In this document: piece by piece, positions 37,378 through 50,902 of the stretch | How the letters are laid out: each line of letters starts with the position of its first letter | Position numbering within the stretch: position 1 is the first letter of the stretch | NCBI GenBank assembly: GCA_051294375.1 | Contig: CM119268.1 | Location: forward strand, 10,751,538-10,815,537 | Origin: Paraspadella gotoi | Lineage: Eukaryota; Animalia; Chaetognatha | Length of the DNA: 64,000 nucleotides | Direction of reading: 5' to 3' | Notes under the pieces: generated by a model | The model's database searches: none | The model's input: the letters and a program-made list of their open reading frames with translations, nothing else | What the model was told of the DNA's origin: nothing | Program-made: the position numbers and the translations under genes

Positions 37378-39216
37378 TTAATTGATCGTAATGAAAAACG
37401 GAAACTGTAAATATGATTTACAGTAATTGATTTAATGATTTAAACGTTGATGACTTCAACCAAAAACGACGAAAAATAAACTTCAATTTTTTCCTAACAA
37501 AGTTGAACTTTTTTTTTTCGGTTTCACTATTTAAAAAATCCTCCCCCCTTCCCAATGACGTAATTGGACCTCGGGAATAGATGAAGGGAAGTTGTACGAG
37601 AGAGAGAGAGAGAGAGAGNNNNNNNNNNNNNNNNNNNNNNNNNNNNNNNNNNNNNNNNNNNNNNNNNNNNNNNNNNNNNNNNNNNNNNNNNNNNNNNNNN
37701 NNNNNNNNNNNNNNNNNNNNNNNNNNNNNNNNNNNNNNNNNNNNNNNNNNNNNNNNNNNNNNNNNNNNNNNNNNNNNNNNNNNNNNNNNNNNNNNNNNNN
37801 NNNNNNNNNNNNNNNNNNNNNNNNNNNNNNNNNNNNNNNNNNNNNAAAAAAAAAAAGAAAAAAAGAAAAAAAATGCAAAGACTTGTTCGTGTTGTCCGCA
37901 ATTATCAGAAGAGACTAAATCTAAATTTAGCGAAGAATCAACTCAACGGAAACATTATCCGTCCTTCGTTATTTTTAACACCAGAGGTCCCTCTTTGTCT
38001 GAGACTCCGAAAGGGTCAGACGAAATTCATTACTTTTTGACTTATATTTTTTTCTCTGTCTCTGTCTTTCATTCTCTCTCTCTCTCTCTCNNNNNNNNNN
38101 NNNNNNNNNNNNNNNNNNNNNNNNNNNNNNNNNNNNNNNNNNNNNNNNNNNNNNNNNNNNNNNNNNNNNNNNNNNNNNNNNNNNNNNNNNNNNNNNNNNN
38201 NNNNNNNNNNNNNNNNNNNNNNNNNNNNNNNNNNNNNNNNNNNNNNNNNNNNNNNNNNNNNNNNNNNNNNNNNNNNNNNNNNNNNNNNNNNNNNNNNNNN
38301 NNNNNNNNNNNNNNNNNNNNNNNNNNNNNNNNNNNNCCTCCTCCTCCTTCCAACTCGCTCAGCGCCTCAAGAGAAAAAAAAACCGGTTCAACCTACTCTG
38401 AAGGTCGGGCTGGCACCATATTTAGCCAACTACACTTTTTCCAATTTCCCCCTTTCTTTTTTTTTTNNNNNNNNNNNNNNNNNNNNNNNNNTCTCTTCTG
38501 GCCGCTCACATTCTTCATTATCTTTCCTCTCTCTCTTCTCTTCTCTCTTACTCTCCCCGATCGTTGCCTCTCTTCCATCTCATCTACATTATAAAGATCT
38601 TCTACTATTCTCCATCTCTTCCTCTTATCTGCTCTTCTTCCTATCTTCTTATTTGCCGTTTTCATTTTGTCTATTCTTCGTCCCTCTGGTCTTGTGTAAT
38701 ATTCTATCTTCTTTTATTTTTTGTAGTTTCTTTTTTTTCTAGTTTTTTTTATCCCCTCATTTTCTTGCTTCTTTCTTTGTGTTTGATTCCCTCTTCTCCC
38801 TCTTTATTCCTCCATCTTCGCTTCTTCCTGTCGTATTTCCGTTCTATCTTTCCCTCTCCTTATTTCTCCTCCCTATCCTTGTCGTTTCTCGTTCTTTCTC
38901 CTTTCAATCGTATTTTCTTTCCTGAGTATGCCTCCCTGCCGTTTTTTTCCCCCCCCCCTGAGTTACATCCTTTCTACTTACATCTCTCCCCTTCCCTTTA
39001 TCGGTGATTTTCCTACTCCACCCGCCCTCTGTTTCTCATCGCTCTTTTTCTTTCTTTATTTCTCATCCCTGTCCGACACCTGAACCAAATCATTCCCTTT
39101 CTTGTCAAGGCTCACTTCTCTTTCCTACCTCTCTTTCCCACCTCCTCTTCTTTCCTCCTTTTCGTCTTTCCTTCGCTTGCCTCATTTTTTGTTTTTCCTC
39201 TGCCCTTCCTCTGAAC

Positions 39217-39250
<34 letters not shown>

Positions 39251-41689
39251 AAGAAAAAAAAAAAAATAAGATAAAAACAAAAAAAAAAAAAAAAAAAAAA
39301 ATAAAAAAAAAAAAAAAAAAAAAAAAAAATAAATAAAATAAAAAAAAAAAAAAAACAATATAAATAAAAAAAAATAAAAAAAAAACAAAAAAAAAAATAA
39401 AAAAAAAAAATATGAAAGGGCGGGGGAAAATTTGAGCCGCGGAAAAAGATGTAGTTTGGTTCTAAATAAGTGGTGCCCTTATCAGCCTCGGCTGGACCGA
39501 TTCCTTTCCGTTTTCTAGAATGTTCTTTCCCTTTCGCCGCTTCTCAGGTAGTATCACATTATCATTGATTTGTTTATTGTGGGGTTTTGCACGACGGTTT
39601 TTTCTTTTTTTTCCTTCTTGAGGCGTCTGAGGTTCTCTCTCCGTAACTTGAGTTGTGAATAAGGAATTCGTAGTGGAGGGGAAGGGAGGGAGAGGCGGAG
39701 GAGAAGAGAGAGAGATGATGTTAACTTGATATCTGTAATGAAGGTAGCATAGAGGATATGGACTAATCACGAACGTTCCTAGCTGCGAGGAAATGAGAAA
39801 CGAGAAAAAGAGGCTGAGGGATTTTATAGGGCGGTTGGGGTACGGCGATTAAAATAATAATGAGGAGGGGAGGGAGGAGAGGAGAGAGAGAGAAAAGGAG
39901 TGAGAGCAGAAGGAGCAAAAGAGATAATGGGAAGGATAGTTATTGAGTATAGGAAGTAGGCGGGGAAGGAGGGGGAGGGAGAAAGGGCAGATATGTTACC
40001 ACCAGCCACCCGAAACAGCACTGTGGGATTAATTTATGGTTCTGTACTATTTCTTTATCCCCGCATCAGAGTTAGCTTTCTTTGTTTCCCGAGTATTGCG
40101 TTCCTTTTTTTTTCTTTTTTTCCTTTTTAAATCTTTGTTTCTTTTTCTTTTCTTCTTCTTTCCTTTTTTTTTTTTCTTTGTTTTTTTTCTTTTATTTTTC
40201 TCCTTATCTTCCCCCCCTTTCCGCTTTTCCTCCTTACCTTCCCCCATTTTCTTTTTCTCTTTTCACCCTTTTTCCAATTTTTTTCCCTTCTCTTTTTGTC
40301 ACTCTCCTCTTTTCCGTCTTTCTGCCTTTCCCCCTTTTTTTTTTTCGGCTTTTTTCTTTCCCCCCTTTTCTTTCCCCTGTCTCCTTCTTTTCTTTTTTCC
40401 TCATTTTTTTTCTCCTTATATTTTTGTTTTGGATGTTTTTTTTTTCTTCCTTGTAATTCATTATTCATTTTTCTTTTATCCTTTTTTGGATATTCTTCTC
40501 CCCCTTCCGCTTTCTCTTTTTCTTTCTTTCTCTCCCTCTCTTCCCCTGCCTCTCTTTTTTCCCTTCCTCTTTCCTTCTCCTCCCCCCCCTTTTTTCTCTA
40601 TTCTCTTTCTGCCCTTTACTCCCTTTGACCCCTCCTCCTCTTCCCCTTTTCCTTTCCCCTTTCCCCCTTCGATCTTCCTACTGATTCCCGTCTCTCAGAG
40701 AGAGAGAGAGAAAGAGAGAGAGAAAGTTAAGAAATTTTCTCTCTCTCTCGGCTTCTCTCTCGGCAACACAGACCGGAAACCCTTTAAAGCGCCGACGCTT
40801 TTTTATCGCCGAAAATGCTCATAAAAAAAAAAGAAAAAAAGGAGAAAAAGAAAAAAAAAGGAGAAAAAGAAAGAAAAGGGGTGAAAAGACTGGGTGAGAC
40901 GCGTCGGTCTCGATTTGTACTACGTGTCATTGTTTCTTTCAATTCGCTTTATGGTTCCTCTTATTTTCTCCCCTCGAGTTTTTTTCCTCCCCTTTTGTTC
41001 CCATTTTTTCTCCCCCATTATTTTCTCCCATTTTCTCTTNNNNNNNNNNNNNNNNNNNNNNNNNNNNNNNNNNNNNNNNNNNNNNNNNNNNNNNNNNNNN
41101 NNNNNNNNNNNNNNNNNNNNNNNNNNNNNNNNNNNNNNNNNNNNNNNNNNNNNNNNNNNNNNNNNNNNNNNNNNNNNNNNNNNNNNNNNNNNNNNNNNNN
41201 NNNNNNNNNNNNNNNNNNNNNNNNNNNNNNNNNNNNNNNNNNNNNNNNNNNNNNNNNNNNNNNNNNNNNNNNNNNNNNNNNNNNNNNNNNNNNNNNNNNN
41301 NNNNNNNNNNNNNNNNNNNNNNNNNNNNNNNNNNNNNNNNNNNNNNNNNNNNNNNNNNNNNNNNNNNNNNNNNNNNNNNNNNNNNNNNNNNNNNNNNNNN
41401 NNNNNNNNNNNNNNNNNNNNNNNNNNNNNNNNNNNNNNNNNNNNNNNNNNNNNNNNNNNNNNNNNNNNNNNNNNNNNNNNNNNNNNNNNNNNNNNNNNNN
41501 NNNNNNNNNNNNNNNNNNNNNNNNNNNNNNNCTTTTTTTTTTTGAGTCTTCGATCTTTCACTCTCTCACACTATGACTCGAACTATAACACTCTCCAAGT
41601 CTCTAAAGTGTATTACTCTAACACACTCTCTCGCTCTCTAACTCTTAAAACTCTGTAATCTCTAACACTTTCTGACACTCTCCTAATCT

Positions 41690-41872
41690 CCACTTGTATC
41701 ACTCCATCACTCCATCACACTTGTATCACTCCATCACTCCATCACACTTGGATCACCTCATCACTCCATCACACTTGTATCACTCCATCACTCCATCACA
41801 CTTGTATCACTCCATCACTCCATCACTCCTCCACACTTGTATCACTCCATCACTCCATCAGACTTGAATCAC
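41690..41872. repeat. ~27-bp minisatellite (CACTTGTATCACTCCATCACTCCATCA), about 6 units
   Basis: Seen directly; contains an internal 8-bp subunit. Confidence 0.9.
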
Positions 41873-42145
41873 TCAAGCCCTGTCTTTTTGCTTTTTCTTT
41901 TTGGTCCTGCTTTCAAATTTCTCTTTCTACTTTCTTCGCTTTCTCTCATCCCTTCATTTTTTTCTTCTTTTTTTTTTGCCACCATCTCATGTTTTGCACT
42001 TTCCTTTCCTCCTCTTTCCCCTTTACTTACTCTCTCCCCTTTTCTCCTCCTGCCCGAAAATTCCTTCTCTTCTAAAGCGGAACATTTTTCTCGTTTCTGC
42101 CCTCAAATTACATACGATTTGACTGTTCTCTCTCTCACTCTCTCA

Positions 42146-42177
<32 letters not shown>

Positions 42178-42410
42178 NNNNNNNNNNNNNNNNNNNNNNN
42201 NNNNNNNNNNNNNNNNNNNNNNNNNNNNNNNNNNNNNNNNNNNNNNNNNNNNNNNNNNNNNNNNNNNNNNNNNNNNNNNNNNNNNNNNNNNNNNNNNNNN
42301 NNNNNNNNNNNNNNNNNNNNNNNNNNNNNNNNNNNNNNNNNNNNNNNNNNNNNNNNNNNNNNNNNNNNNNNNNNNNNNNNNNNNNNNNNNNNNNNNNNNN
42401 NNNNNNNNNN

Positions 42411-42446
<36 letters not shown>

Positions 42447-42812
42447 GAGAAACCGAGAGACAGAGATGGAGAGAGATGAAGTGTGCTAACTTTCATTACG
42501 TCTTTTATTGCGTCCACGGATCAGCAGTCGAGAAAAAAAAAAAGAAAAAAACTCCCTCAGTGAATAACTACTAATACATAAATTACTCAACCTTAGAAAA
42601 GAGAAAATTACTTTATTCGTAACGTTAGCGAGGTAAATAGGGAAAGAAAGTGTAAAGAAAAAAAAAAGAGAAAGCCGTACAAATAAGTTGTGTTATTTTC
42701 TCGCGTGGTTTATGTTCAGACGTTAAAACTCATGAGTCAGTTAAATCTTTTTAAAAAATATAAACTGTATATCTATTTAAAAAAAATGTTTACCCTTTCG
42801 CTTCGTTCGATC

Positions 42813-42989
42813 GATTCAAAGGTCAAAAGGTCAATAGATCGAAAAGGTCAAAGTTATAAAAGGAGTTTGGATTTGTTTTTCGAAAAAGAGATAACAACTA
42901 CCAGCGAACATCGACGAGGAACGATATTAAGAATCTCTACATTTTTTTGTTCGATGATGAAAAGAGGAAGAAGTCGAGGTCAAAGGTCA
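42813..42989 (+). promoter_or_regulatory. Cluster of nuclear-receptor-type AGGTCA half-sites (perfect DR2 and DR1)
   Basis: AGGTCA-aa-AGGTCA at 42820-42833, AGGTCA at 42845 and AGGTCA-a-AGGTCA at 42977-42989. Confidence 0.45.
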
Positions 42990-43767
42990 GGATTAACGAT
43001 TCATGGGCGAAACGCGCTGGATGGAGCGAGCGAGTGTGTGTGTGTGAAAGACTTTTACTACAGCAAAGACAACGACGACGACAACGACGACGACGACTCC
43101 TCCTACGCCAAAGGAGAAGACGACGACGCCCGACGGTCGAGGCGCCGACGCCAACGACGATAACGCTCAAGAAATTAAATCCTCCGGCGCCGTTTTCTCC
43201 CTTGATTGGTTCCTCGCTTGCTTGCTTGCTTGCTTCCATTCTTTATCTNNNNNNNNNNNNNNNNNNNNNNNNNNNNNNNNNNNNNNNNNNNNNNNNNNNN
43301 NNNNNNNNNNNNNNNNNNNNNNNNNNNNNNNNNNNNNNNNNNNNNNNNNNNNNNNNNNNNNNNNNNNNNNNNNNNNNNNNNNNNNNNNNNNNNNNNNNNN
43401 NNNNNNNNNNNNNNNNNNNNNNNNNNNNNNNNNNNNNNNNNNNNNNNNNNNNNNNNNNNNNNNNNNNNNNNNNNNNNNNNNNNNNNNNNNNNNNNNNNNN
43501 NNNNNNNNNNNNNNNNNNNNNNNNNNNNNNNNNNNNNNNNNNNNNNNNNNNNNNNNNNNNNNNNNNNNNNNNNNNNNNNNNNNNNNNNNNNNNNNNNNNN
43601 NNNNNNNNNNNNNNNNNNNNNNNNNNAATTATGCTCGAAAGCGGGAAATAAATGGGCGTAATAGTCTTTGATTACGAAAGTCTTTCCATCCTTGATTAGC
43701 GGGAGAGTCGAATCGGCCTCGCCCGACGCTCTCGCTCGACGCTCTCGGCCCGCGTAGGCCGGATACA

Positions 43768-43833
43768 TCTGTCGGTCCGTCGGTCGGATATCCGTCGGCT
43801 CTGTCGGTCCGTCGGTCCGTCGGTCCGTCGGAC
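43768..43833. repeat. (GTCGGTCC)n 8-bp tandem repeat
   Basis: Seen directly. Confidence 0.8.
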
Positions 43834-44606
43834 ATATATGTATATGTCGGTCGCTCCCGACTGTTGGAACGCTTCGCCCCGGTTAATCGCGGGTCGTGAG
43901 GGAGCCTGGGGGGGGGGAAAGACGTTTAATCTTCGGCCGAAGAGAGAGAATGAGTCACCGGCGGAGTCTTGGTTGTTGGGAGTCGTTAGCGTCGCTGCCG
44001 ATTCGCGCGGGGAGATCGTTGAGATTAAAAATGTTCCGAAGTGCCGAGTACATCTTTTATTCATTTGATTAATATTTTTTAATATAGATGATTTATGAAT
44101 TTGTTTATTTTTCTACGGATTTATATAATTATGTTTATGATAGATTGATTGATTGATAGATTGAATGATTTGGTTGATCAGTAGATTTTTAGAGCCAGTG
44201 TGTATTTAGTTGTTTATGATTTATTTCGTAAGATTATACACTCCGTTATGAGAATTTTATTTCATATCGAGAAACATACAGTAGTTAGTTATATATTACT
44301 AAATAAAAATCGTTAAGAGCGAAAACTTTGAAAGAGATTTTCCCATCCGCGCGGATCTTCTTTGATCTTCTCCGGACTTTCCGACCGAAAGATAAAAATT
44401 CTGATTTCTTAAAGAAAAAAATTGTGTAAAAAAAAAAGGAAGAATTTTGAAAAAAAAAGAGATGAAAAGATGAGAAACTGTGAATCTTCTATCGCGAGTA
44501 GAAAAAAAAAATGTAAACGTTGCTAATCAAGGAGGATGTGAAAAAAAAGAGGAGAGAAAAAGAGGAAGAGAAAGGTTAAAAAAGAAAGTGAGAAAAAAAG
44601 AAAAGA

Positions 44607-44694
<88 letters not shown>

Positions 44695-46364
44695 TTGCTC
44701 TTCAGAAATGAGCTTCTTTCGTTTTTTTCCTTTTTTCCTTTTTTTTTATAAATCGATATCCCACGGTATTTCGTTGCTTTGAGCTTTGGCGCTCTTAATG
44801 GCGTTGCAGTTGAAAGGGACGAGCATAAACACAAACTATCTCGTTTCTTTCGCTCTCTCTCTCTCCCACTTTCTCTTTCCCACTCTCTCTTCCACTCTCT
44901 CTTTAACCCCATACTTTGGCCCTTTTTCCTCCATCCCGATGCAACGGCCCGACCTGATCCGGTCAGTTTATTTCGCTTTCAATCGAGCGCGAGAAGTCTG
45001 CTCCTGCAGAATTACTCCTATAAAAATCCGACAAATTTTTCTCCTTCTCCCTTAGAGAACGTGGAAAGTCTTAAATATCTCCCATCAGAGAATAAATGCA
45101 AGAATTTATTTAAAAAAACAAGTTAATGAAAAAAGTTTAAAAGTCGTTATTCTCATCTCCTCTGGGCCTAAAAATAGACGGGAATTAATATCAATTAAGT
45201 CGCGTATAAAAGGATGATTAGCCGATGAGTCAGGAATGTCTAATGTCTATGTCTCACACCCATTGGCGCGCCATTGGTTAATGTATAACTAAAAATATAA
45301 ACAAATAACGAAGGAACAAGTTTAATGTTCTCATCAAGTCGATTGGAAAATATAGAAGGTACATTACAAAAGTTTTTAATGCGATAATTAGTTTTTTTGT
45401 TTATTATGTACATACAGTTTAATTTTTTACAACAACGACGACTCCCAATCACAACAACAACAACGACGCGAACGATATCCGTAACCCCGTCACGCCCATT
45501 TTGTTGATTGAATTAAAAACCGTTTACTCGCGTCTCTCGTCGCGACGCGGGACTCGTCAGCAGCAGCAGCATAATCGCCGCCGCAGTATACGAGTCGGAC
45601 ATTCACGCCGCAGCGCAGCTTCGCCGCGGCGAGGCCAACGTCATGCGATCGACCACTCGTAATTGTATAAACAGTGTTTATTAAACACTAAACCATGTTC
45701 TAAGCACTGTAATTAAAAAATGTCACTTTTTTTCCAGATGTGAAAATTGAAAGACTTTCATGTTAGTCAAATTTGTTTTTTGATCACAACGGATATGATA
45801 ACAATGAATACAATAAAACCTATCGAGGGTCGAACTCAATGGTCACACACGGCGAGTCGGGGCAGAATGAAAGGTCAGCCTTGTAACGAGAGGGACGGGA
45901 GGCATGACGATTTTGATGGCCGATTGTGACTGCGGAGGCGATGCGCCGATGCCCGCATTCTTACAGACGGTCCCAAATCCCATTGGGACATAATGACCCC
46001 AATTTCGAATATCGCGCTTAGTGATCTGTGGAGCAGTGAGACCCTCGATGCGTCGATCAATCAAATGTTTCACATTTGACTTTAAATGTTTTCTTACGCT
46101 CTAATCACCGAGAAAGTGATGAATGTACTCTACTGCTAGAAGAAAAACAGGTTTAAATATATACATCTAAACCCATTCGTACCCCTAGGCAATATTACTG
46201 GTTGTTTAAAAGCTAAGCGGATTGAGAGGTACAATAAGAAGTTCGAGGAAAATATGAAGCAAAGCAAAACCGCGAGTACAACCTGGAAAGGAGTCTTGAA
46301 AAGGTTTAAGGGTAACACAGAAATATTCCAAAACCAAAATTTGAAGCAAAACTCAAAAGTTGAT

Positions 46365-46870
46365 GCAAAACCGGAAGCAGCTGCAAAACCAAAGTATAAT
46401 GCAAAATTAGAAAGTTGATGGAAGATCGTAAAGTTGCTTCAAAACCGGAAACTTGAAGCCTCGTAAACCAAAAAAAATGCGTGTGCTTAATGCAAAAAAA
46501 AACAAAAAAAACCGGGAAGTTGCTGTAATCCGAAAGTTGCTCACAAAACGCGCAAGTTGAGACAAAAACAGGAAATTGATATGAAAACTGGAAGCTGACG
46601 TAACCGGAAGTCGCTGCAAGAACGGGAGTCGATGCAAAAACGTGAAGTTTATGCAAAAACCGGAAGCGAGGCGGAATCAAAGTTGAGCTAAACCGGAAGC
46701 GAAGCGGAAGTGACGAGAGTTCTTCTGCGACATCGACTGCGAATTGAGTCGAAACTCGGGACAAAATGGCCGACGACGACGACGACGACGACAACGACGG
46801 ATTCTGACCTCCGGTGACAGGTACATGGAAAACTGCTGCTTGCTGCAGTAGCAGCTACAAAGATGGCGAC
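46365..46870 (+). promoter_or_regulatory. ETS (CCGGAAG)- and YY1 (AANATGGC)-rich promoter-like block
   Basis: About 9 co-oriented CCGGAA(G)-like motifs at 46371-46712, then CAAAATGGCCG (46762), a donor-like CAG|GTACAT (46820) and AAGATGGCG (46860). Confidence 0.55.
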
Positions 46871-49800
46871 GAAACCGGGATTTTAACGGCGTTCCGACAA
46901 AAAAAAAAAAGCGGCTGCTGCAGCGGATTCGTCATTTTTATTCGCGAATTCGCGCGCGAGATTCAAATATCGGAGTTTTGGAGGGAGAGAGTGGCGAGGT
47001 GGGGTGGAGAGGTGGTGGGGTGGATGAGGTGGCAGAAAGGGGACAGACATTGAAGAATGAGAGGAGAAGGTGAATAAAAAGAAAAGAAGAAGAGGGGAAA
47101 AATGGAAGGGAAATAAAGAGTGAAAATGAGAAAAGAAAGAAAAAAAAAGATAGGACACAATGAAAAATGGGTAACGTTACTGTTCGGTGGCATAAAAAAA
47201 AATTCATCTGTTTCGAATATTTATTATATTTTTTTTATTTTTTGAAACGTATATAGTTTCATATGATGGAATCCAAAAATATCAATGCAAAATCTTTTTT
47301 TGTTTTTTAGATATACTGAATATAGGGTGGAAAGATGATAATTTTTTTTAAAAAGTTACTTTATTCATATTTATTCATGAAGATCTCTAATAGAAAAAAA
47401 TAAAAAAAAATAATAGTACTAATAGTTAGAGTTATGTCTCAAATAGATGGAAAAAAACCTCATTTACAAATCGATCGGCGAAGTGGGGTAACTAAAGGCC
47501 TTACTAATGGATCCTCCAGCACCGATTGTTCTCTCAAATAATTTTTTTATTTCAATACATTTAGAAAGGGAAAAAAAGAAAATTTGGAATGGCAGGGTTG
47601 CAGAAAGGGTACAGATAATCTGGACTTATTGACATGCATAACCATGACCTCTTTATATCTTTGTGAAATAGAGGGCAGTAAAGAAATCTTAAATAATTTA
47701 TCATTAAGTCAGTCAATGAACCTTTCTAATGGCGCATTTACAGAGAAATATTTTTTTCTTAATTAAAATGGATTTGATAAATAATAGAATTAAATTCCTT
47801 TGTTATACTTAAAAAAAAAATATCAATACAAAATTTAACCCAATGATGTTTTGCTTTGGTCAAATATGTTACAGCTATATAATTTTTTACAACTTTATTA
47901 ATGATAACAAGCAGATGTGTAAGCTTTTAGTTTGCAGTTAAAGATAATGAAAAATGGACAATGTTTTTTTCACCAGACAAGAGAGATAGTGTCCCAGGAC
48001 CTGTTTGTTCTAATAATATTCAAAGGCTGTGAAAACAAAGCTTTTGGTGATTTATGCATTCTTTAATATTTCAAACAATACATTTTTATCCTAAACACAC
48101 ATAAAACTTTTTGCCTTTGTTTTTACTTTAACTGAAAAATAAAGCCACATTTTATAGAATAAAATAAATCTTAATACATAACAACAAAATCGTATTCAGT
48201 CTTTCCTTTTTCAAATTAACAAAGAAAAAAAAAAAATTTTAATATGCCTTCATTAAAAATTTCTACAAGCAAAAAGACTGTTATACGTTTAACTCTGATT
48301 AACAAAAGCTGTGTAAAAGATTTATGGATTTAATTAATACAAACTCTTTTAGAAAGGTGTCCTTTGATTAGGGCTTTAATTTGGATACACCATCCACCTC
48401 GCTACCTCTCATTCTTTCAAAAGTTATTTAAAAAACATAACTTTTTTAAATTACGCAGTCAACAAATCTTTGTTAAAGATAAAAAATGTCGGCAAGAGCG
48501 CGGAGTTATCCCCTCCAACATTATTTCTATTGCGTACAGATACTATAATTTCAAAAGTAAAACTTGAGACAAATTTTTTGTCATTTAGATACATATCACT
48601 TTCAGATGTTTACCCATCGTATAATAATTTATTTATTTATTTCCCCAAAAATGCAATTAAAAACAGTTGAAATTTTTTTTTCAAGATTGTTTGCGAAAAA
48701 AATTTCATCTCGGCCTATGCTCATGAGAATAATGGTTTTGCATAGAAAATCTAAATATCAAAAAATAAAAAAATCAGCCACTAGAAAATGAAAGGCTAGA
48801 GGCTGAATTTTTTTTAGAATTGGCAAAATTTTTTTTCGCTTGACTCATAATCCAATTATTCTCAGTTTCAAAATATTTTTTCCAAAATCTTGCAATCAAT
48901 TTTTTTAAAATTATTTAAAATGTTTTTATGTGTTGTTTTGTTTGAAAGAATTAAAAAAAAAGTTAAGAAATAGAGCAATTTATATAGGTTTTTTTGAAAA
49001 TATCTTTAAAAATATTAAATAATTAGACACAAGGGGATAAGCAGAGAAACTCCCATTCCATAAAAAAATTAAATGAATTGTGTCATATTGTTTATTTAGA
49101 TTAATTGACTAATTAAACAAATGATTCATATAAATTGAGGAGAAATGATGGGTAAAAAAATATCATCTTGGTCCGGTTTAAAAAAACTAATTAGGGTTTA
49201 TCGTTAAAGTTTTGTTTTTACTAATATTAATATTTTTTTGGCATTTATAAAGCAATGGTCTAAAATTTTGTAGCGTTTTCGAGCTATATTGCTTCAATCT
49301 TTTTTACTATTTTTGAATCTAGTTAGCTTTTTTGTTGATGTCCAAGGGTTATGATCAGATACAGTATGTTCCAGTAGTGGTATATACGCACATATTACCA
49401 AAAGTAATGATCAATTAATTGGCTCAGAAACTAATTTTAAAGGGACAAAATCAAAAGCACGAAGACGTTTCGCACGTTATTTTTCATTGTTGGTCTAGAA
49501 AGCGAAAAGGAAAAAAAAAGGAACAAAGAAGGGGGAAAAAAAATCCGAGTAAAATTAAAAAGAGAAAATGGAGAAGAAAGAAGGATGGCAGAAAGGAAGA
49601 AGGCAAAGAAGAAAGAAAGAAATGAGTGAAAAAAGAAAGAAAAAAGAGAGATAGAAAAAAAAATGAAAAAGAAAGAATGAAAGAAAGAATGAAAGATATA
49701 AAAAAGCAAAAAAGAAAAAAGAAACATTAGGAAAGAGAAAGAAAGAAAGAAGAAAAGAAAGAAAGAAAGAAAAGAAGAAAGAAAGAAAGAAAAGAAAGAA

Positions 49801-50028
49801 AGAAGAAAGAAAGAAAGAAAGAAAGAGAGAAAGAAAGAAAGAAAGGTCCTGACGTGAAAAGGAGAAGAGAAGCTTTTTCTAACAGTTTGCGTGTTTCTGA
49901 CCTGAGATTAAACCATGATTCCAGTTTTATCCTCATGATTGACAGGTGGAACCAAGGCGAGGGGGGGGGCGTGAAAGATTTGTTGAAGGCGAAGCTCATC
50001 CCGATTGATTTCATTAGCGAACGAGAAG

Positions 50029-50082
<54 letters not shown>

Positions 50083-50652
50083 AGAGAGAGAAGAGAGAGA
50101 GAGAGTTGAGACTTTACCGTTCCATTTCTCGTTCTCTATCTACTTTTTCTTTCTCATTTCGTTTCTTTTTTGTTTGTTTCGCTTCCTCGCGTTCACACAA
50201 AACTCGGAGAGAAGACACGTTTTGGATCCACGCCAAAAAAAGCGTCTAACGCTTCGAATGTCGCGGGCCACGCCCACCGATGACGTCATTCTCTCTCTTC
50301 CTCTCTCCTCTCCCTCTCCTCTCTCTCGTCTCTCATAATATTCTCATCTCTCTCTCTCTCTTCTCTCTCTCTATTCCAGCAGCACACGCGTCGACGCTTT
50401 TCGTTTTATCCCAATGCCGCTTTTCCTTTTGTCTTCTTTGGGCGACTCGTCGTCGTCCTCCTCGCTCCTACTCCTCCTCCTCCTCCACACCCCCCGATTC
50501 CTCCCTCCCATTCTCACTCTATGGGCAAATGAGATTCGAGGCAGAAAGAGTCCTTGGTCGGGGAAAAGTCGTTTCTCCGACGCGAGAATCGAAATTCCGC
50601 TTTTTTTCGATGATGGGTCATTCTTTAGACACGAGAGGCGAGAGAGACGAAG

Positions 50653-50701
<49 letters not shown>

Positions 50702-50834
50702 AGAGAGAGAGAAGAGAGAGAAGAGAAGAAATTGGAAAAAGAGTGCGGTGTCCATTTCCGATGATGGGAAAAAAGACTTTGGGTCCTTCTTTCACGGGAT
50801 AGAAGGAGAGAGAACGAGAGAGAGAGAGAGAGAC

Positions 50835-50902
<68 letters not shown>

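Noticed and set aside
38490-41040. Long F/L/S-rich or K/R/E-rich ORFs resembling membrane proteins
   Set aside because: Noisy polypyrimidine/polypurine and poly-A tracts lack stop codons by composition.
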